Source: Candidatus Binataceae bacterium
GTDB taxonomy: Bacteria; Desulfobacterota; Binatia; Binatales; Binataceae
Length of the DNA stretch: 64,000 nt
Direction: 5' to 3'
NCBI GenBank assembly: GCA_015478645.1
Contig: JADMIL010000002.1
Location: forward strand, 74,523 to 138,522
Both the position numbers and the translations under genes were made by a program. The notes beneath the pieces were generated by a model. It was not told where the DNA came from. It saw only the letters and a list, made by a program, of their open reading frames with translations, and ran no database searches. Of this stretch, positions 57,669 to 64,000 are shown piece by piece. Within the stretch, counting starts at the first letter, position 1. Every line of letters begins with the position of its first letter.

Positions 57669-57851
57669 ATGGCGACCGAAATCCACCATCCAGCGCACTT
57701 CTTTCAGCATTCCGGGTCCGCGCAGGCCGGGTCGGGAAATCCCGTTTCCGTGAATCCCGCGTCCGGGAATACCAATTCCGGGAATACCAATTCCGGCGGG
57801 GCCGCACCGGTCGTTAGCGACGGCCATACCAGCCGCCGCGAGGGTTACTGA
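57669..57851 (+). CDS. putative 60-aa leader peptide with pentapeptide repeats
   Basis: Purine-rich GAAGGGGA precedes ATG 57669; the stop is 1 nt before the NusG-paralogue ATG. Confidence 0.4.
   Translation: MATEIHHPAHFFQHSGSAQAGSGNPVSVNPASGNTNSGNTNSGGAAPVVSDGHTSRREGY
57732..57796. repeat. 15-bp tandem repeat x4.3 (two exact TCCGGGAATACCAAT, two degenerate)
   Basis: Units start at 57732, 57747, 57762 and 57777, with a partial unit at 57792. Confidence 0.8.
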
Positions 57852-57852
57852 G

Positions 57853-58350
57853 ATGGACTGGTACCTGGTGCGGACCAAGCCGGGCAAGGAGCGCTGGGTG
57901 CGCGACCAACTGGCGGCCCTGCTGCCGGAGGTCTTCCTGCCGCTGCTCGAGGCGCGCACGCCGCGCTGGGGCAAGCTGGCATGGTCAGTCGGCCCGCTCT
58001 TTCCATGTTACCTGTTCGCGCGCCTGGACCTGCAGAGTAGCTATTTCAACGTGCGCTATCTGCCGGGCGTGCAGGGGCTGGTCTCGGCCGGCCACGATCC
58101 GGTCGCGGTGCCCGGCGGCGTAGTCGAGGAAATTCGCCAGCGCGGCGTCAACGGGGTGGTCAAGATCGATGAGAAAGCGCTCGGCATTGGCGAGCGCGTG
58201 CGGGTCGTCGAAGGGCCGTTTCGCGGCTTCGACGCGATTTTCGAGCGCTATCTGTCGGGTGCCGAGCGGGTCGCGATACTGCTCAGCGCGATCGACGCCA
58301 ACGGCTTGCGCGTGGTGCTCTCGGCTTCCGCGGTGACCAAGTACTCATAG
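57853..58350 (+). CDS. NusG-paralogue transcription antiterminator (RfaH/UpxY-like)
   Basis: WYLVRTKPGKE, PLFPCYLF, PGVQGLV, KOW motif GERVRVVEGPFRGFDAIF, RVAILL. Confidence 0.9.
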   Translation: MDWYLVRTKPGKERWVRDQLAALLPEVFLPLLEARTPRWGKLAWSVGPLFPCYLFARLDLQSSYFNVRYLPGVQGLVSAGHDPVAVPGGVVEEIRQRGVNGVVKIDEKALGIGERVRVVEGPFRGFDAIFERYLSGAERVAILLSAIDANGLRVVLSASAVTKYS

Positions 58351-58785
58351 GCAATGCGACCGCGATTAGCGCGGACGATCGAGGCGACGAACCCGATCGA
58401 GGAGACTACCGAGTCAGGCGCGTGACCGCAGTGGTGAGGTGCCCCTAATTGCCGCGGCGCCGGGCATCGCGAGCGACCCGATTGAAGGCGTGAGGTCCGC
58501 TTGAGTGAGTATAGGCCGCCGATCTGGTGGACAATTGAATATGCGCGCCGAATGAGCCGTCCAGGACGGCATGGCGGACGCTTGCTTTTCACTGAGAAAT
58601 CCTCGCTTTCGTTAATCGATAACAATTTTTAACGCGCTTTTCCGCGCATCCTTGCAGCACTCATCCGGATTGGCCTCCAGCGCTCTTTAGCTCAGGGGAG
58701 AAGCCGTCTCTGCCGTGCCGGCGGCGCGGCGCGATCGCATCGCGCCCGGCGCTGCGCAATCCCGCGACGGCCCACGCGCACACCT

Positions 58786-61700
58786 ATGAACTCATCGCTC
58801 ACGCCCAATTCCGTAATCGGCCGATCGGTCGCGCTCAAGACCGCTGCAATAGTACGCGCAATCGTGTACGCGATAGTGCAATTGATGGCAGCCGCGCTCG
58901 CGATACTCTTGCTGACGGGTACGGCGGTGCGCGCGCAAGCCGATAATTCCGGCGATCAACCGAGCTATCAGCAATCGGCGAATGGGCCCGGTGCAATGGC
59001 GACGCCGGGAGTCGCCATCGATGGCCAAACGATGCCCGCGGCGGGCGGCGGGCAGATCAATTCGGGCCAGCTCGGCGTCGGCAGTTCGGGCGGCGCCGAC
59101 CTCGGCGGGTCGGGCGCGGACAACCGGCTTGGCCAGGCCGGCCAGCCGGGTCCGGGCTTCGGCGGCGGCGTCAGCAACGGGATGAGCGGCGGTCCCAGCC
59201 TGAGCACGGTCGGTACGGACGTGAGCGGCGGCGCGGCCAGCATCGCGCAGGCCGCCTTCAAGCTCGGCATGTCGCCGGCCGAGATGGCCGGACTGCGCAA
59301 CCAGATGGCCAATGGCAGTCTCACGCCCGACGAATTGCAGCAGCTCTGTCTGCGCTTCGCCTCGCGCCAGTTGACGCCCCATGACGTAGCCGGGATCGCC
59401 AACTCGCTGGGCATCGCGCTGACCGACCAGCAGCTCGCGCAGCTCAAGAGCTGCACGCAACTGGCGGCGCCCGATAGTGCATCGCCGCCGCCGGCCGATC
59501 ATCTCGGGGGGAGCGCGCCGGGCGCAGCGGGGCCGGGCACGCCGCCGGCCAGTCCACCCTCATCGATCGAGCGGTCGTTCCAGGCGCTCGATTCGGGGCT
59601 CACGCCGACCGTCCCGTCGGCGCAAAATCTCACGCAATTCGGCTATGCGGTGTTCGACGCGCGGGTCTCGACATTCGCCCCGGTCGGCGACGTGCCGGTG
59701 GGCCCGGACTACGCAGTCGGTCCGGGCGACGAATTGAAAGTGCTCATCTGGGGCCGCGTCAACGACAAGCTCGACCTGGTCGTGCAGCGCGACGGCAGCG
59801 TGCTGATGCCGCAAATCGGGCCGCTGCAGGTCGCGGGACTGAGCTTCGCGCAGGCCCAGCGCCTGATCGAGGAGCGCAGCGAGCAGATCACCGGCGTGCG
59901 CGCCGACGTGACGATGGGCCGGCTGCGGACCATCCAGGTGTCGGTGATCGGTGAGGTCAAGCAGCCGGGAACCTACACGGTGAGCGCGCTGTCGCGGGTC
60001 TCGAACGCGCTCAGCGCCTCGGGCGGAATCACGCGGGTCGGCAGCCTGCGCCAGGTCGAGCTCAGGCGCGGCAATCAGCTGATCAGGGTGATCGATCTGT
60101 ACGACCTGCTGCAATCGGGCAGCACCCAGGCCGACCAGCGGCTCGCGGCCGACGACGTGATCTTCGTGCCGGTGATCGGGCCGGTGACGGCGGTCGCCGG
60201 CGACGTCAAGCGGCCGGCGATCTATGAACTCGCGCGCAACGGCGAGAGTCTGCCCGGGGTGCTGCGGCTGGCTGGGGGAATCAGCGCGTTCGGCTACGCG
60301 CAGCGCGTCCAGGTCGAACGCGTGCAGAACCATGAGCGGCGGATTGCGCTCGATATCGATATGAATCAGGCGCGCGCCCAGCGCTTTGCGATCGATGACG
60401 GCGACCTGATCAAGGTCTACCCGGTGCTGCCGCAGCAAAAGGATATCGTCACGGTCAAGGGCAACGTCAATCGGCCGGGCAGCTATCAGTGGTATGCGGG
60501 CATGAAGGTGACCGACCTGGTGCGCAAGGCCGAAGGAACCGCGCCGCAGACTTTTTTCCGCTACGCGCTGATCCGGCGGCTGAGCGGTGCGGACAAGATG
60601 GTGCGGCTGGTGCCGGTCGACCTGGGCGACGCGCTGAGCGATACCGGTGGCGGCGCCGGCGACGCCGCATTGCAAGCGCAGGATACGCTGACGGTCTTCA
60701 ACCAGGACCAGATCAAGGATCTGCCGACGGTGCAGGTCTTCGGCGAGGTGCGCAACCCCGGCTACTACGTGCTCGACCGCGGGATGCACGTGAGCGACCT
60801 GATCTACCTGGCGGGCGGGCTCAAGGACGACGCCTACCTGACCCGGGCCGAACTGGCGCGCACCCAGGTGGTCAACGGCCAGCGCACCAGCCATACCTAC
60901 GAGGACCTCGATCTGCATCAGGCGCTGAGCGGCAGCGACCGCAGTAATCCGGCGCTGGCGGCCAACGATCAGCTGTTCGTGCGGCGGGCCTCCGACTGGC
61001 ATCTGCCGTGGGTGGTCGAGGTGCGCGGCCAGGTCGTGCGGCCGGGTCCGTACACGATTCATGAGGGCGAGCGGCTGGCCTCGCTGCTCGAGCGGTGCGG
61101 CGGGCTGATGCCCGACGCGTATCCGGCGGGGACGATTTTCGTGCGCCAGTCGATCAAGCAGATCGAGCAGAAGCGGCTCGACCAGGCGCGCCAGCAGATG
61201 CAGCAGGAGATCGCGCGCTACGAACTGCAGCCGGCCGGCCTCGATCAGGACGCGAATCAGAGCCCGCCGTCGAAGGTCGACCCGTCCTCGATGGTCATGC
61301 TGCAGAAGGTGCTCGATCAGTCGGAGAGCCAGCAGGCGCAAGGCCGTCTCGTGATCCATCTGCGGCCGCTCGATCAGCTCGCCCGCTCCGAGGACGATAT
61401 CGTGCTCGAAGATCAGGATCAGATCCTGGTGCCGCGCCGGCCCGCGTCGGTCAACGTGCTGGGCGGCGTTTACAGCCCCAACGCGATCGTCTACCAGCCG
61501 TCGCTGACCGTGCGCGACTACCTCGAGCGCGCCGGCGGCGCCAACGAGGACGGCGATATCGATCATATTTTTGTGGTCCAGGCCGACGGCTCGATCATGA
61601 CCGACGCCGGGCTCAAGAGCGGCGCCGAGGCCAGCATGTTCCCGCTGCTGCCGGCGATTTCGGGTGGCCTGATGGGGCAGCATCTGCAGCCCGGCGACAC

Positions 61701-61821
61701 GGTCTTCGTACCGGTCAAGCTCTACTATCCGAACAAGACCCGGCTCTACAGCAATATGGCGCAGATCTTTGCGTCGGCCGCGCAGGGCGTGGCGATCGTT
61801 GCGCTCGCGGCGGGCCTCTGA
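58786..61821 (+). CDS. large SLBB-repeat polysaccharide export protein (Wza/KpsD-like)
   Basis: DYAVGPGDELKVLIWG (Poly_export), repeated V.V.GEV..PG.Y SLBB units, GDTVFVP; N-terminal signal and Gly-rich region. Confidence 0.9.
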   Translation: MNSSLTPNSVIGRSVALKTAAIVRAIVYAIVQLMAAALAILLLTGTAVRAQADNSGDQPSYQQSANGPGAMATPGVAIDGQTMPAAGGGQINSGQLGVGSSGGADLGGSGADNRLGQAGQPGPGFGGGVSNGMSGGPSLSTVGTDVSGGAASIAQAAFKLGMSPAEMAGLRNQMANGSLTPDELQQLCLRFASRQLTPHDVAGIANSLGIALTDQQLAQLKSCTQLAAPDSASPPPADHLGGSAPGAAGPGTPPASPPSSIERSFQALDSGLTPTVPSAQNLTQFGYAVFDARVSTFAPVGDVPVGPDYAVGPGDELKVLIWGRVNDKLDLVVQRDGSVLMPQIGPLQVAGLSFAQAQRLIEERSEQITGVRADVTMGRLRTIQVSVIGEVKQPGTYTVSALSRVSNALSASGGITRVGSLRQVELRRGNQLIRVIDLYDLLQSGSTQADQRLAADDVIFVPVIGPVTAVAGDVKRPAIYELARNGESLPGVLRLAGGISAFGYAQRVQVERVQNHERRIALDIDMNQARAQRFAIDDGDLIKVYPVLPQQKDIVTVKGNVNRPGSYQWYAGMKVTDLVRKAEGTAPQTFFRYALIRRLSGADKMVRLVPVDLGDALSDTGGGAGDAALQAQDTLTVFNQDQIKDLPTVQVFGEVRNPGYYVLDRGMHVSDLIYLAGGLKDDAYLTRAELARTQVVNGQRTSHTYEDLDLHQALSGSDRSNPALAANDQLFVRRASDWHLPWVVEVRGQVVRPGPYTIHEGERLASLLERCGGLMPDAYPAGTIFVRQSIKQIEQKRLDQARQQMQQEIARYELQPAGLDQDANQSPPSKVDPSSMVMLQKVLDQSESQQAQGRLVIHLRPLDQLARSEDDIVLEDQDQILVPRRPASVNVLGGVYSPNAIVYQPSLTVRDYLERAGGANEDGDIDHIFVVQADGSIMTDAGLKSGAEASMFPLLPAISGGLMGQHLQPGDTVFVPVKLYYPNKTRLYSNMAQIFASAAQGVAIVALAAGL

Positions 61822-61850
61822 TCGCGCATGCGAGGCCTCTGATCGCTCAT
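61813..61850. repeat. 21-bp-period direct repeat duplicating the export-gene stop
   Basis: GGCCTCTGATCGC(G/T)CAT at 61813 and 61834. Confidence 0.8.
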
Positions 61851-61853
61851 AAG

Positions 61854-62723
61854 ATGACCGTCCCGCGCCAGTTCGTGCGGCTGAAGATTGCACATTCGAT
61901 TATCGCGCCACGCACAATCGCCCTGCCGCTGCTCGCGATGCTGATGCTCGCGGGCGGGGCGCGCCTCGCGATCGCGCAAGACGCGCGGCACGCCACGGCG
62001 ATTTTCGCGGCGCGGCCGGACGCGGCGCCCTTGGTTACCGGCGACGGCGCGGCGCAAGTCAGCCGGATGCTGCGTGCGGCGGCGCGGCTTTACGGACTCG
62101 ACCCGGCGCTGCTGACCGCGATCGCGGCGGTCGAATCCAACGGTAATCCGCGCGCGGTGTCGCCCAAGGGGGCGCGGGGTCTGATGCAATTGATGCCGGC
62201 GACGGCGGCGCGCTTCGGCGTCGTCGACCCGTTCGATCCGGTTGAAAACGCGCTCGGCGCGGCGCGCTTTCTGAGTAAGCTGAGGCAATGGCAGGCGCGG
62301 CGGCCGGACCTCGCGATCGACCTGCCCGAGCTGATCGCGGCCTACAACGCCGGCCCCGCGGCCATCGAAAAATATCACGGGATACCACCCTGCCTGGAGA
62401 CCCGGGAATACGTGCGCCGGGTGCTGATCAGCTACCTGATCGGCGCGCCGGCCGGGGCCGCCGGAGCGGGCTGGCCGGCGCCGGCGGCGACGCGCTATCC
62501 GCTTGGCGCGCCGCTTGAAAGAGATCGAATACCGCCCGCGCGCAGCCCGCATCCGGTGCGGCGGGGCGCGCTCGCGGCGCTCGGCGCGACGCCCGACGCG
62601 CGGCATCAGCTCGACGAAATCCGCCGGCTGCGGGCGCTCGCCCGCAGCGATCAGCCGGGCGATCGCATGACCGGCGCGCCGTGCTCGAGTCAGCCGCGGC
62701 AACTTTCGCGGGGATCCCAATGA
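61854..62723 (+). CDS. soluble lytic transglycosylase (SLT) domain protein
   Basis: AIAAVESNGNPRAVSPKGARGLMQLMPATA, AAYNAGP, ETREYV; N-terminal signal/TM. Confidence 0.9.
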   Translation: MTVPRQFVRLKIAHSIIAPRTIALPLLAMLMLAGGARLAIAQDARHATAIFAARPDAAPLVTGDGAAQVSRMLRAAARLYGLDPALLTAIAAVESNGNPRAVSPKGARGLMQLMPATAARFGVVDPFDPVENALGAARFLSKLRQWQARRPDLAIDLPELIAAYNAGPAAIEKYHGIPPCLETREYVRRVLISYLIGAPAGAAGAGWPAPAATRYPLGAPLERDRIPPARSPHPVRRGALAALGATPDARHQLDEIRRLRALARSDQPGDRMTGAPCSSQPRQLSRGSQ

Positions 62724-64000
62724 AACCAGCCGGCAATTTGCGGGATTGGAACTGGGCCGGGCGCTGGATGCTGGCGCTCGGACTCGCGCTCGCGGCGGCG
62801 CGCGCGGCACGGGCGTCAACCTACGTGGTCTATATCCCGCTCGATAGTCCGATCTACCAGGAGCTCGACACGCTCGACGGACTCGGCCTGCTTGAATCGT
62901 ACCTGCCCGAGATCAAGCCGATCAGCCGGGTCGAGGCGGCGCGGCTGGTGATCGAGGCGCGCGACCGGCTGGCCCAGGCGGCCGCGCCCGACCCGCTGGG
63001 GCAGGCGACGATCGACGTGCTCAAGGCGCAGCTCGCGCTCGAGCTGGGCTGGCTCGAGCGCAACGAAGAGGACCGGCTGCCGACCATGGTCCGTCCGGTC
63101 GAGCGGCTGGCGACGCAATATACCTATTCCTCGGGCACGCGGCTGAAATACTACGTGCAGGGCGGCACCCGGACCACGGTGAGCGAGGCGACTCCGCTGT
63201 TGTCCGGCAACAGCGACCTGCCGACCGCCAACGGCAACAACGGCGCGGCGCTGTGGTCGGGATGGGCGGGGCTGTTCGGCTTTATCACCGGCTACGGCGA
63301 AGGCGCTTACGCGGGCGCCTTGCGCAACGACCCCAACGCGCCCGACCGCGACCGGATCGTCGACGGCGCGGTGGTGGTCGGCCTGGGCAACGTGGCGCTG
63401 TCGTTCGGCAATGAGCAGATGGTCTGGGGCGTCGGCCATTTCGGGCAGCTCGCGCAAAGCGCCAACGCCTCGGCCTTTCCGGCGCTGCGCGTGCAGAATA
63501 TCCATCCGAGCCATCTGCCGTGGCTCCTGCGCTATCTCGGGCTGTTTCGCTGGCAGGCCTTTTTGGGCCAGCTCGACAGCAATCGGACCTTTGCGCATCC
63601 GTGGATCGCGGGCCAGATCGTAAGTTTCAAGCCGCTGCCGAATTTCGAGTTCGGCCTGACCCATACGATCGATTTCGGCGGCAGCGGCAACGACGCCTAC
63701 GGCTTCGCCGGCTTCCTCGGGCGGGCCACCGGGTTCAATACGGGCAGCCCGCTTGGCGCCAATACCAATTCGCGGGTGAGCGTATACGCCAGGGCGCGCA
63801 TCCAGCGCTGGCGCGGCGCGCAGCTCTATGGCGAAATTCTGGGCGAGGATTTCTATCAGCCGTTCGGCAAGCGCCTGCCGATCAAGACGCCCTTCAAGTC
63901 GCCCTCCTACACGACCGGCTTCTATATGCCGCGGCTGACCGCCGACGGCCTGACCGACGGGCGCGTCGAATGGACCCTGACCGATCGCAATTATTCGATC
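62720..64000 (+). CDS. capsule assembly Wzi-family outer-membrane protein (partial, runs off the window)
   Basis: Not in the ORF track because it has no stop. ATG overlaps the SLT stop (ATGA). Translation gives a signal peptide, YIPLDSPIYQELDTL..LGLL...KPISRVEAARL and LSFGNEQMVWGVG...SANA..FP. Confidence 0.75.
   Translation, partial: MKPAGNLRDWNWAGRWMLALGLALAAARAARASTYVVYIPLDSPIYQELDTLDGLGLLESYLPEIKPISRVEAARLVIEARDRLAQAAAPDPLGQATIDVLKAQLALELGWLERNEEDRLPTMVRPVERLATQYTYSSGTRLKYYVQGGTRTTVSEATPLLSGNSDLPTANGNNGAALWSGWAGLFGFITGYGEGAYAGALRNDPNAPDRDRIVDGAVVVGLGNVALSFGNEQMVWGVGHFGQLAQSANASAFPALRVQNIHPSHLPWLLRYLGLFRWQAFLGQLDSNRTFAHPWIAGQIVSFKPLPNFEFGLTHTIDFGGSGNDAYGFAGFLGRATGFNTGSPLGANTNSRVSVYARARIQRWRGAQLYGEILGEDFYQPFGKRLPIKTPFKSPSYTTGFYMPRLTADGLTDGRVEWTLTDRNYSI

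Noticed and set aside
57193-57974. ORFs 57193..57753 (+) and 57402..57974 (-) as genes
   Set aside because: No recognisable motifs, atypical composition and mutual overlap; the region looks like promoter/leader DNA.
58680-58705. tRNA-like TAGCTCAG motif
   Set aside because: No anticodon arm, no GTTCRA T-arm and no complementary acceptor stem downstream.

Overview
High-GC bacterial chromosome segment, gene-dense, with about 50 genes. The taxon cannot be fixed from this window. I found no rRNA, no convincing tRNA, no CRISPR array, no integrase or transposase and no prophage. Contents, left to right: (1) a frameshifted Kelch-propeller gene; (2) thyX, pyrD, rhodanese and pcp; (3) a doubly truncated BrnT/BrnA toxin-antitoxin remnant; (4) a NitT/TauT-type ABC transporter with no binding protein and a split ATPase; (5) selB plus a selD with an in-frame UGA and a SECIS-like hairpin; (6) a GT-C/GT2/methyltransferase surface-glycosylation cluster; (7) csp, an M20 amidohydrolase, an ADH, a crotonase and fbaB-glk-zwf; (8) a seven-gene vWA / Zn-ribbon-FHA / kinase-FHA / pseudokinase-PP2C / receptor kinase / TM-FHA / lipoprotein phosphosignalling operon, which is the best candidate for an uncharacterised system; (9) a deleted thiolase plus frameshifted DUF35 pair; (10) two convergent, individually incomplete two-component proteins; (11) a Fur-boxed perR-rubrerythrin-FeS oxidoreductase-DUF3501 cluster containing a ~180-nt candidate structured RNA; (12) pobA; (13) a NusG-paralogue-led polysaccharide export region (SLBB/Wza-like, lytic transglycosylase, Wzi-like) running off the right edge. 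Three copies of a ~108-bp MITE-like element sit at gene 3' ends. Product calls rest on motifs read by eye; no database search was run. Start codons were adjusted from the ORF track where a ribosome-binding site or protein family pattern supported it.
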